A stretch of DNA of 64,000 bases, taken from Stylophora pistillata. Lineage: Eukaryota. Positions 23,747-35,738 of this stretch are shown piece after piece. Below the pieces are notes generated by a model, which saw nothing but the letters and a program-made list of their open reading frames with translations, ran no database searches and was not told where the DNA came from. Where the stretch lies: assembly GCF_002571385.2 (NCBI RefSeq), contig NW_019218118.1:88010-152009 (forward strand), given 5' to 3'. Numbering within the stretch: position 1 is the first letter of the stretch; the number at the start of each line of letters is the position of its first letter. The position numbers and the translations under genes are program-made.

Positions 23747-26700
23747 ATGTATCTTCTAAGCCTCTGTTTAAGGTGTACATTCCATTTTCATCTCATTACA
23801 AGTGTAAGTAAACCGTGAATCTTTAGGAAATTTCAAACAATTCAAATGAATATATTTACGAAGTGAAAGTTGCAGCCCGTTTGGGTCAAATTCCACGAAA
23901 CTCTTAAAGATAACTCCATTGTAATACAATGAACTTTACAAACTACATGTGATCATTTCTTAGCAGAGCAATAAAAGTTTTGATAGACAAAACAACGTGA
24001 TTATTCACCAAATTAAACGGCAAAGAAGTAGACCGTTCAAACTAGGTATAGTAGCGGACAACAGCAGCAGGCACGGCGACAGACATCCTGACGCCTCTAG
24101 CTGATCGGCTAGCTTAAATAGAATTTTAATGTTCCTATCCTGAGGTCTGGGCACCAGTCTTTGCTTTGCAGCCCGTGGATTTGCTCTTTGATTGATAAAG
24201 TCCACAGGGTCCTATCGCACATTATGATTATCATCACGTTGCTTTTTATTAGGTTTGTACTGTCTGTAACTATGACGAATTTGAGGTCGAAGATGTGTTC
24301 AGCAATGTTTCTTGTCATAAATGTCCATCTTGTCCTCCTGGAATGGGTCTAACACCACAGTGTGGCAGTTTTGTTAGTTATGGTGAGAAGGTTAAATGCG
24401 GACTTTGTGAACTTGGAAAATCTTACTCTTCTACTAATGATATCAGTTCATGCCAACCATGTGGAATTTGCTCTGATCATGAAAACATCAAGAGGAACTG
24501 TTCCTTGACGAATAATTCCCAGTGTAAACATGGCTGTGGCAAAGGGTTTTACTTTGAAGAATTAACTGGAGATTGTAAGCCCTGTTCTTTTTGCTATTCA
24601 TATCTTCCTAATTGTAACAAAACAAATGATCTGGAAGATGGTTGCAAAGACATGCCGTTTTACAAACAATGTGATGCCAATGAGATTGGTTGTCAGTTAC
24701 CAAAGTGTAGAAAAGATCAATACCTTGTTGTAACCCAGGAAAGAGATAGTGCACATTGCAAGGAATGTAAAACCTGCCCAGCTGGAACATCACTCTTTCC
24801 ACCATGTGGAAATGGAACTATAATAGGAAGCATCGATGATACAAAATGTATTAAGTGCTCTCGTGGCAAAACGTTTTCTAATAAGCCAAGTAAACAAACT
24901 TGCAAGCCATGCTCTACTTGTTCAGTTGGACAGAAAGAACTAACACCCTGCAATTTGACACATGATAGGGTTTGTGGTCAATGTGAAAAAGGATTCTATG
25001 GTAGTGACGACACAGGATGCAAGCCATGTTCTGCCTGCTGTAATGATAAAGATGACGTGCGAATTCCCGAATGTCAAAATATGGCAAAAAACAAACAATG
25101 CAGTTATACTGACCGATCCATCACTGTGTGTCGAGAACAAAATAGACACAGGAAACTTTCTCAAGAGAATTCTCCTATTGTTATAATACTTTCGACTGTA
25201 TCAGGAGCACTTCTTATTATAATGGTAATATTGGTGATCATAAAACGCGTAAAATGCCGCAGAAGTAATAGGTATCAAAGATCCGACTCATGTGCTGCGT
25301 TGCTGACACCTGTGGAGGAAGGTAAAGTTTTAATCATCACCTCGTTATAATGTTTTATTGAAAAGGTCAGTTGACAAAAAGTGATCGATCACAAAGGAGT
25401 ACGCAAAATTCTTCACGGCTGCTTGTAAGCTATGAATGAAAAGGGCGCCTTTCATCACAAAAAAGTACATACTGGAAGACTACAAGGTGACCCCTGGGTA
25501 CTTTAAACTTTGGAATGATCAATTTTTTTCCAAACAAAGGAAATTCCAGAGTACTATTATAACTCTACCATATTTAAAACTCATCCCTTTCCTTTCTTTA
25601 GCACCACAGAATGAATCAATAACATTGGAAGATCCAACAACTCATGGTTCACAAAAGACATTACATTTTGATAAATCAGGTGTCTTAATCCAATTCAATG
25701 ATGCAAGCTGTTTCTTCAATGATTCTCAAGGAATAAGACTAGAAATATGTTGTGACGGAACTTCTACGCATCGTCAGTCAGATGAAGTACAACTAAGTCC
25801 TTTGATAAAATTTCATCCATTTGGGAAGCAATTATCCGAACAAGTACAAGTCAGAATACCTCATAGTGCTTTAGTGTATTTAAGTAATGGCTGGGACATC
25901 AGGCTAAAATGCTCTGTACCACACAAAGAATCAATTGTATGGAAGGAAGAAAACAAGTTTCAAGTCCACAATAATGAAGTCAGCTTTCAAGTTGATAACC
26001 TTACCTCCTATGTAATCATTGGTAAATCACGTGATAACAACAAACCAACAAAGAAACGCTTTCAATGTGCTGTTTTTGGTGGAGTGGGCACAGTTGGTGT
26101 GGACTACACAGCATACTTATATGTTTTTGATGACAGTGAGTCATCATTTGAGGTATCTAGACTTCAAAATTTTTTATAAACTGGGCAGGCTAGATTTTCC
26201 GAGCTTCTTTTCTCCTTACCGTTCCTTGGGTAAAAACACTCCGTTATTAAGAAGATGTAAACAACAACAGCTTGGTAAAAAATGCTGGTTATTTTCTTAA
26301 ATTGCTATACTCCGTCAAAGTGTAGTGCAGATACATGGCAATGAAAATATGCATTAACATTAACATTGAATCTCAAGGTTAAGATAAGGATCTAGTTTTT
26401 ACAATTAATCAATTAAAAAAAAATCTTCCAGAAAATCATGCAAGCAGAGGAATCAACCGGTAGAACCTTACTTGGCTCCCCCCAGTCTCTTTATATCGAG
26501 ATTATCAGGACTAGCACCAAAGTAAAGATCTCAGTCAAACAACCAGTGGAGGGATGGATCGTTGGAGAGACTAGACCAGAGGTATTTCTCACTGGTGCAG
26601 TGTATTAGTTAATACTTGTTGCAACAATTACGTTATCAATAAGGCATTTATGTAGCTGCACAAAGAGCTGTATTTTGTTGCATCTACTAAGCTGAATATG

Positions 26701-29700
26701 TTCATGCATTGAACCCTCCTAGCTTCACTTTTCTTTGATTCAGAGCCTTTTAAAAGTGTGCTAATAAAAAAAATGGTCGACAAGAGAATTTTAAAATTTT
26801 TTATGGAAAGAAAAATCAAGGCTTGTTTGCACTGAAAGAACTTCCTCCTATGTATAGGACACCTGCTGGAAAAAGTGATTGAAAATAGAATGATATTAAA
26901 TTCCAAAAAAATTGCAAAATGATAGTAGTGATGTAAATAATTATAAATAGTCACTGTGATATTTCATTTTACATTAAGTAAAAAAATAATGTGGTTTGCT
27001 TTAAAGGTTAATTAACTTTGTTGATTTGCCCATGCAGTTCAAGTATGTCTCCCATTAGTTCCTCAAATTGTATTATTCTACACTCTCAATTCATTCAATA
27101 ATCCATAAATGAGGTCAGAGGGAACTTACTTTTTCATGTCAGTGGCAAATTATCCTGCAGATGTCAGTCGTTTTTTAAGAATGGCTGCCTGTAAGGATCG
27201 AGAATCGTCCTTCAGCGACCATTTTGGTGAATGGCTCATATTTTGCCCAACGATACCCTTTGGTAAACTGTTTTCAAAAATCAAGTTTAAGAGTTCCGAC
27301 GAGTGTTAATTTACCAGAAATTTGCGAAAATTTGAAAACGCGGTTTAAGTGCGGTTTTCCGCCTGGCAAATTGTCCAAAATTCACTGCAAAACCCAAGCT
27401 CCGTTGAAGGTTTAAAATGAATTCAGTTAACACCAAACTTCACACGTTTTAAGAAAAAGTCTTCCCATTCATTTGTGTTATGTTAATTTTTTCCGTACAC
27501 ATCTATCTTGTGATTTTTTTTTGTCCCTTAGCAACACCCTCAAAAAGTGCTGTACATGGAGCGAAAAATAGGTAAAATTTAACACGATAAAAGTATACCT
27601 GGTACATAATTTTTTAAATTTTTAACTAGATATTCGTAATAAAATGTCATTATTCAATACCTGAGTAAAATTTGAGGCTTTGAATCCGAACCCTTCCTTT
27701 TGAAAATACCACAAATGTTTGTGTCCTGAGCGAGCAGAAGATATGTGTTGTGTAAACAAACGCTAATCTAATTATTCCCTGCCAGGTAGAAAAAGGTTTT
27801 GAAATCAACTTTAATTTTGGAAATTTTGGCTGGTATGCCACAAGATATTAGGCAAAAGGGAAATCATACATTCAGAGTTGCGTGAGAGCAAAGAGAAAAT
27901 AAAATCAGTGTCGAAAATGTACATANAGTAACTGTCTCAGTTCACAAAGAGACTACTGAGTCCTCCTTGGTTGTTAAGCAATCTGCTGTATTATTCATGT
28001 TATCTGTATGCTTTTGTTTAATCACACAGTTCATCACACAAGCAAGTTTAAAGGAGTCTTATCAAACAATTCCCAGAGCAGCAATACACTTTAAACATGA
28101 CAATGGCCGCAACAGAGACTTCCTTTGCATATTGGAACTTACTGCTGAAGATACAACTACAACAATTTGCGCAGTTGCCTCGATTAGAGAGGTAAATGCT
28201 TTGTTTTTTCAAAAGATAATCTATATGAATTGAAATTATCAAAATAATTTTGAAAAAGTTTATTTCACATAAATTTAGTCAATAGATTTATCAGCTAGCA
28301 TGATATTTTTTATCATTTATATTAACAATGAAATTTGTGGCAATTGATTTTTGCAACTATGAAGATCTTAAGTGTAATGTGTTTTTCGTAGATTTTATTT
28401 TCAAAGCCTTAAGATACAATAATGTCATATCTCATACATGCATGAGAAACTAAAACATTGTTCAATTGCACAATTTTAATTTTTTGTCTCCTTCTTTGTA
28501 GGATCCATATGGAAAGTTTCAAGGGCACCAACCAGGATGTGTTGATGACAGTTATCCAATAGTGAATGGGAGAAACTTGTGTGGTAAGACCACAACAATT
28601 TTATAACTGAGTTATTGGTACTCAACATCACAATTTAGCTACCGTGGGAAGCCAGTGATAGTTATCAACCTCTTGCTTGATCAAAAAATTAAAATTTTTA
28701 AATGAAGTTTTATTTCCTAAAACATGGTATTTCTGGACCACAGACTTTGCATTTTAATTCCAATAGCCGCAATGTAGCCCTGTGTTTTTCACAGAGAACC
28801 TGAGTGTACAGAATACAGCATAACATAAGTCGTTCTGAAATTACAAGTTGATATACGTGTGTATTCATAAGATCTCATTCCTACAAAAGTCATAATTCCG
28901 AGTTGTCAGCTAATCAGGGGAAACCCGTATAAAGTGGTATATTATAGGAATATCCATGTTCACATACATCCAACTGAACAGTGTATCAATCACGTTCTAG
29001 TGTTAGAAAGCTCCTTTTTTAATAGTTTCCATTGTCATTCCTTCTCAAGAGTATAAAGCATATTCAACCGAGATTTAGTTCTAAAAGAAAACAAAATTGT
29101 CATAGAAAGACCGATGTAAAAATCAAAAAATGTCAAAAGTTTGAATTATGAATAGTTAGGCACATCTAGTTTTTTAATGTTGTTAAGAAACTGGTCTCCC
29201 TGGAGGAAGAAAACCAACACAAGTATCTGTGTACATTTGATCATTTTGCCAATTAGACTACCCAGGGTTTGACATCAAATATTACAATGTCTACTTTTCC
29301 ACGATGAAAAGGGAGGATTTCCGGAAAATGTATACAAGTGAGAAACTCAGAGAGAAAGCTCAATTTTCAAAAGTGTTTACTTAAGATCTTAGGGAAGTAG
29401 CTCACTTGACTTTTTTGTTTTTAAATCTCTGCGTTTTACATTTCTCCAAGACAAGTTCATGACTTGCAATGTAACTTACCTCGAACAAGTTGCCTTAACT
29501 CAACTGATTGATGCCATTTTACTCTCTTGAAGACCCACTGATCATCAACCAAGACAAACCATCACCTTGTCTTAAAGATCTCCCAGAAGAGGTACTTCAA
29601 GCTCTTAGTGAGAAACTCGATATGTTCCTGAAGGGAGTTGGCAATTGGAGGCATGTTGCAACATGCCTTGGATTCACTGAGGAAGAGATTCAGATTTTCC

Positions 29701-29876
29701 GAAATGAAATGTTGACATCGGATGGAAGTCCTTGCACTGTTATGTTGGAGGCACTGATGGAGAAGTCTCCACAGTTCACTGTAGCAGAATTTGTGCATAT
29801 TTTACAAGAAAGGAAAATTCAGCGCTTCGATGCTGTGGAAGTTCTCGAGCCTCATTTGTACAATAGCAGAGAATGA
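23747..29876 (+). CDS. TNF receptor (about 6 CRDs)-TM-ZU5-UPA-death domain chimeric receptor (~804 aa), copy A. Exons 23747-23803, 24253-25321, 25602-26152, 26432-26581, 28030-28191, 28502-28583, 29533-29876
   Basis: Signal exon MYLLSLCLRCTFHFHLITS; CRDs (CPPGMGL..CG..C..C..GKSYS..CQPC); TM IVIILSTVSGALLIIMVILVII; ZU5 LSPLIKFHPFGKQLSEQVQVRIPHSA; UPA KRFQCAVF..YLYVFDD; DD LSEKLD..NWRHVATCLGF..SPCTVML..TVAEFVHIL..RFDAVEVL. All phases are compatible. Confidence 0.88.
27178..27926. mobile_element. ~750-bp insertion in an intron of the copy A receptor (probable DNA-transposon remnant)
   Basis: Flanks are contiguous in copy B (gtcagtcattttttgagtaactgtctc, 55547-55573). There is an N at 27926. Confidence 0.5.
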
Positions 29877-30254
29877 CGTGCATAACAATATGGAGACATT
29901 CTCATTACTTCACTTTTTAACGGACCTGTCGAACTTTCTGGCTTATGTATTGACAACACGGATTGACAACAAAAGTGAAAGAAACAAACAAAAAAAAAAC
30001 AAATAAAAGACTTCCCAAGTGCACTAGCGTAAACAAAGTAATTGTCTAAAAAATAAGCTAATGTCACAATTTGAAAGTGAACCGTTTGAAAATGAACGAA
30101 ACATTGCTTTATAAAATAATTCAAACACGCCCCCGGTAAAAGCTTGAAATCTCCGCCAAATTCATCATTTTCACAGTCAATATCAAGTATACTAAATCTC
30201 TCAGATTATTAGGTAGTCTCCTGAAAAAAAAAACAGACAAAAAAATAAAGAAGG

Positions 30255-31634
30255 CATCCAACTCTCTATCAGAGAATGACAGCTTATAGAAGACATCATA
30301 GCTGTCAGACCACTCTACTTAGACTCGTGGAAGACTGGAAATCAGCTGTTGACAGAAAGGAACTGGTGTACATACTGTCTACTGACTTGAGTAAAGCCTT
30401 TGACTCTCTCAGCCATTCTCTAATCGTAAAGAAACTCGAGGCCTATGGCATTGGACAAAATTCTCTCAACCTTCTTAGATCATACTTTGACAATAGGCTC
30501 AATAGAGTGAAAATAAAAGGAGTGACAAGTGACTGGAAAAGGGTGGTGCTTGGCTGCCCGCAAGGCTCGTCCTTTGGCCCCCTTCTGTGGAATTTGTTCC
30601 AAAATGATATGTCATTTCATATAAATAATGCTAATTGGAGCATGTATGCCGACGACCATCAGATGTATGTCACGGGGAAGAAGCATGACGTTGTCGCGTA
30701 AAGTATCAAGATACATGGAGAGAAAGCTCTATCCTGGTACAAGAACAACTATCTCTCAACCAACCCAGAAAAGTTCCAGCTATTAACGATCAACCCGAGA
30801 AATGTTGACAAAGACAACGATAATCAAAATTTTTCTGTTGATGGTCATACTATTAACAGAATGGGGAAAATACGGCTTTTAGGAGTTCAAATAGATGAAA
30901 AATTGAGTTTTACTAGTCATATCAGTGATCTATGCTCTAAGGCCAGTCAAAAAGTAGGGGTCCTAGTGCGGCTACGCAATTTGATACCCTGTAATGCTAA
31001 ACTATCACTTTACAGGTCTTCAATTCTGCCCCATCTAACCTACTGTCATTTAGTATGGCACTTTTGTAATGCATCAGATCGGAGAAAGCTTGAGCGGATT
31101 CAGGAGCGAGCACTCAGGGCGGTGTACAAAACTAGATCAGCGTCCTATCAAGAACTGCTAAGTCGCGCCAAACTACCGACGTTGAACAATCGGCGCCTAC
31201 AAGACATTGCCACTTTGATGTTTAAAGTTAAGCACAGTCTCGTACCTGAGAATATTTTTGACTTATTTAATATAAAGAACACTCAATATAATTTACGGAA
31301 CAGTGACTTTGAACTGCCAAGATTCGAAACTGTAAGATTTGGTAGGAATTCTATTAAATATATGGGACCTCTCATCTGGTCGAAGTTACCAAGACACCTA
31401 AGAACGATAGAAACTCTAAATTCGTTCAAGAAGAACGTAAGAAAAGTCGACCTTTCAACCCTCGTTGAAATTTAAAACTTAACTAAATAACGTTATAATC
31501 TTTTTAATTATCTACTGCAAATAACTATCATCTGCATATGTAAATGTATGTGACTTTAAAATTTTTTAGTGTCCCCCATTAGCTTATAGCTAAAAACCTA
31601 AACACTTAAATAAAGTTTTTCATTCATTCATTCA
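30255..31634 (+). mobile_element. 5'-truncated CR1/L2-group LINE, reverse transcriptase C-terminal half with one in-frame stop
   Basis: DLSKAFD, GCPQGSSFGPLLWNLFQND, YADD, WY..N.L..NPEKFQ, LGVQIDEKLSF; TAA at 30699-30701; (TTCA)n tail. The empty site is the A-rich tract in copy B (~57860-57915). Confidence 0.93.
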
Positions 31635-32349
31635 AATCTCCTGGGCTCCATTACGGGTTCTTAAATATCTCCTATAAAAGCGAACTCAGATCAGTTCCTC
31701 GCTGAAACTCAACGTTTCCAATATTATCTTGTGTTTATGTTGAATCTTTATTGGTCTTGTCTTTGTTGCATATTGCACGCACGTATCTTGCTTCTTCCTA
31801 CGATCCAATTTTTGCAAGATTCAGTATTAGCAATGATCCAGATCAGATTTTCTCGATCGACTCGCACAGACATTTCTGAAGATTAAAAAAAATATAAATA
31901 ACTTTAGCAATGATCTCAACTTTCCCTTATTGTTCCCAAAAACAATTCTTGGTTTGGGGTGTGCAGGATTAACCGGTCAGAGTTAATTATTGGCACCTAT
32001 GTCGTGGAAAACAAGCAGCAAAATTCTTTAAAGCAATTTCAAGAACAAAGAAACGTAATTTAGAAAAGAAAAGAACAGTTTATACAAATGTTTTTGAACA
32101 TGCAACCACACGTCATAATAGGTACTATCGAAAAAAAAAATGCGCGCGTGATCTTAAACCAGCAGTCACGGATTTTGTGTCCATGACCAGTGGACTTTGG
32201 CTCGTAATGTAATGTATAGGGACATAATATTGCCCGCCATGTCTTTTTCAAATGGTTTTTTATTTTACAGGCTTCATCAAATATGCTTTCGAAGCTTATC
32301 TATCAGCGGTCTGTAATTTTTTAATATCTTCATTTGTGCAGGAACACGG

Positions 32350-33195
32350 ATTGTGTATTCGCTTCAAAAGCCGGAGCCGTCAACTGCCCTCTGCTGATGT
32401 AAATGTTCTGTAAGGATTGCGCGACAGGCGGCAAGGGCACGCGTCTTTACCATAGACACGAGCACTCTTCCTTCATATTCAGTACCAATTGTTTGGGACC
32501 CTTAAATTATACTTGAAGGCTTGTGAGGGATTTTTCTCCGCTTACTTTACCCCCTCCTCTTTTTCATACACCAATCTGATGACATTGTTTTTCAAGCTTC
32601 ATCAGATAAGCTTTCAAAGCTTATCTAACCAGGGGTACTTTTTAAATATTGATTGGTGTAGGAACACCTTGTATACTATTTAATTTTTTTAATCCTGGTT
32701 TTCTCTTCTTAAGAAGAGAAGACCAGGATTAAAAAAAAACTGCTTAAATCAAGTCAAATCGGTAAAATGACGACACCAGGAGCAAGCAACACACGTATGG
32801 AATAAGGTAAGCCATTTTTATTTAATATTTTCACTTTTAACTATCTCTATGGATATCTTGTAGAAAATCCCATACAAATCCTTATAAATCGATATGCAAA
32901 TTGTGTTCCTCGTGTGGTTCTCAAAGAGAGCTTGGGCCGCCTGTGACAATACTCCGAATCAAAGTGTAAAAAGTCAACAGATCAGTGAATGAAAAAGAGG
33001 AGGGGGGGTGAATAAAGGGAAAAATTCACGTCCCAAACAAGAAAAGCTGAATATATAGGAAGAGTGCCAGTGTTTCTGGTAAAGACGCTTGCTCTCGTAA
33101 TATTGTGGCCCAGGGCTTGTGGGTCTGCCTGTCACGCAATCCTTACTGAACATTTCGAGACAGCAGAGGGCAGTTGACGCAGCGAATACACAATT
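32350..33195. mobile_element. Fold-back/MITE-like element next to the duplication junction
   Basis: 32350-32482 is an imperfect inverted copy of ~33047-33195 (gtcaactgccctctgctg / cagcagagggcagttgac); central ~50-bp palindrome at 32685-32738. Confidence 0.6.
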
Positions 33196-35738
33196 ATTAT
33201 TTGGCGTTGATGCATGATATGTACAAATTTATAAAAAAATACACAAATTAAATTGTAGATATGGCAAACATATTTATTTTACTGTTTGTATCCGTCCTTG
33301 GCCGCTTCGAACTAGACGATGTTACATTTTCGTTTGTTTTGCTTCGAAAATAACCGATAAAATTTTAAATCTCAGTTAACCTGAGCAGCAGAAACGACAA
33401 ATGTTGATCAAAGTTAACTTTTTATTCAGATCAGTAACGACATTTCGCTCCCAAAGCGGTCTGTTATCTTTTCCACGAGAGCATTGTTGATTTTTCACCT
33501 CGCATTGCGTGACAAGGAATGGTGCGTTTTGACCTAAGAGTCACTTTTGTTTGGGGTCCTAAGGTTTCGTAGTTTGAGTAGCCCAAAAATTTTATTGGAG
33601 TTATTTGAAGAAGAAACCTTGTTCTTTCGCTGGATGAACTTGATATAACCCCATGCCATGTAGCAAAGTGCGATTTTACCCTCTCAGTTTTGCCATTTTC
33701 TTGTCTGCCAAAATGAGTGAAATATTGGAAAACACCAAAAAATCCCCAAAAATTTAGATTGTAACGGAATCGAACAAAGAACACTTCAGACCGTTTGTAA
33801 ATAGGTGTTCATCTTGTTAAAAAAAATATTTAGTCAAATTTATCGTGTTGTTTATTTTCAAGCGCCGTTCAAATAATGGTTATCTAAACCTCGTGAAGCT
33901 GACGTGAGAGTCACAAAACCGATTTTGCCGCCGTTCGGGAAAAATAAAAGAGCAATTGAACTCAAAGTATTTTTTCTAGAAATAGTTCACCCAGACCTAT
34001 ATTCTGGCAAAGTTTGTGGTTTTTGGTTTTTTTCATATTGCACACCTCCGGGCGATATTTACGGACGGTCGCTCTTAAGATCTCTGGTGGATCACAAGTC
34101 ACCTGGACGGTGCTCACTGCAGCACGTAAGCTTATGCATGCATGGTCATGCTCGCGTAGTGATGGGTATTTGCGAGAGCTATTCAGCCTATTCAAAGGTC
34201 AGACGTGAATCATCTTTTAATGATCGTTTTATTCTTAGCTTAACCGTTCAGGCCGGGTTAAGGTCATTTTATTTTCAAGTAAAAAACGGCCTGACAAAAT
34301 ATAGACTTTGCATGCTTGGAGTATGATTCGTATGGAAATATGGCCTAACAAACATAGATCAGAGAAAATTCAAGCACCTTTAAAAAATATCGTCATCATC
34401 ATTTGTGCCCTATGATGGGTACAAGGTTTTCATTCAGTTTATTACGTTACTTTCTTTTGCTAACCCACAAGGTATTTATAGTGCTAATCAGAGGCCTTCT
34501 TAGTGCATTTGTAAGCTATAAGTCGAAATATTTCTAGATTATGACACTGATTTGGCTTGATGTTTCATTTTCACTCACCTAATACAAAATTAAGGCCTTA
34601 TGTCAAGAATTTGGTCTGTTTAGAGCATGAATTATGCTCAAAACTCCATTTTGCTTGGCCTTAGAGGGGCATGGAGAGTTTGTGCCAAAAACCTTACTAA
34701 CCTTAATAAGCCTAATTTTTCTCAAGTGATTTAGATATGTACTTTAGTGACTAAAGTACATACTGGATTTGGTGTGAAAGTTATGCAAGAAGGCAGATGA
34801 GTGCTATGGTTTTTTGAAAAATGTCAATTTTGGGTAATGATTTTGACCTAAAATTTGACCTAACCTTAGCCCCAAGCCCCTTCTCTGTCTAATCACTTGA
34901 GAACAAAGTTATATTTATGAAGTAAAAGCTCCGCTATAGTAGAGTCCATGGTCAAATTCGTTTGGCAGCACAGTTTACCAATGAGGTTTTATAGCACCTT
35001 CAAAATGCCAACTAGAAGGATGAATTTTTGGTGCTCCATAGGCCACAAATGGAACCCCCCCCTGAAACTCCAGAGCAAACAGTCAGACAAGCGAGCCAAA
35101 GTGGCTTTTGAAATATCGTATCACACTCGACATTTGTGCCAAGTTTCAGCCGAATCGGTTGACCACCACTTCTGGCCCCTGGAACACTTTCTCAGATATA
35201 GGCACTTAAGTCAGGTAGTTATTATGTTTGGCATTCCTAAAGTGGACCTGAATCCTTCTCACAAATTTAACCACTATTAAACTAATGGAGAGATTAAATA
35301 TTTGCATGTGAATGGTGGAGTTTCTAAGATTACATTTATTATCACGGGGAATTTGCATAATTAAGCTATTTGCAGAAATTCAGGGCTGAGAGAATGAAGG
35401 CCTTGCAGGAACTTAATCCAATTTGAATAGAACAAGTTTGAGCTCTTACTGATGTTGAAGACTCTAGTGATAACGTTGAATTGCTGTGGCAGTAATTTAA
35501 ATTTCAGAGTGCTTGTAAAGTTCATTTGTCCTCTTAGTCCTTCGTTGTACAAAACGTGAATTGAATCTCAGTTATTTGGGAAAAAGTATTTTGAGTAAAG
35601 TTATATAATAGTGGAGAGGTATAGTGAGTAAAACGAACATATTAAAAGTATTCAGTCTAATTACAGAACCTTTGAGCCAATATATTCCGCGCATATGTAT
35701 TCCTCAACGTATATTGTTCTGATTCACTTTTGTTTCAG

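Larger units (their letters stand above)
2657..32255 (+). repeat. Segmental duplication unit A (direct repeat of 35211-58853)
   Basis: Same gene order and orientation, with alignable introns and intergenic DNA. Homology starts at caggta(a/g)ttattatgtttggcat (2657 vs 35212) and ends near catgtctttttcaaat (32250 vs 58850). Confidence 0.93.

Noticed and set aside
25309-25321. PVEE TRAF-binding motif in the receptor juxtamembrane region
   Set aside because: Four-residue motif changed to SVEG in copy B; not supportable
28917-28926. Intronic kB-like GGGGAAACCC as an internal promoter for a DD-only transcript
   Set aside because: Degenerate in copy B (gggaaaaccg) and no CCAAT partner
33464-35280. 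ORFs of 106-140 aa in the junction region as a possible transposase
   Set aside because: No DDE or other recognisable motifs, and no matching TIR pair found
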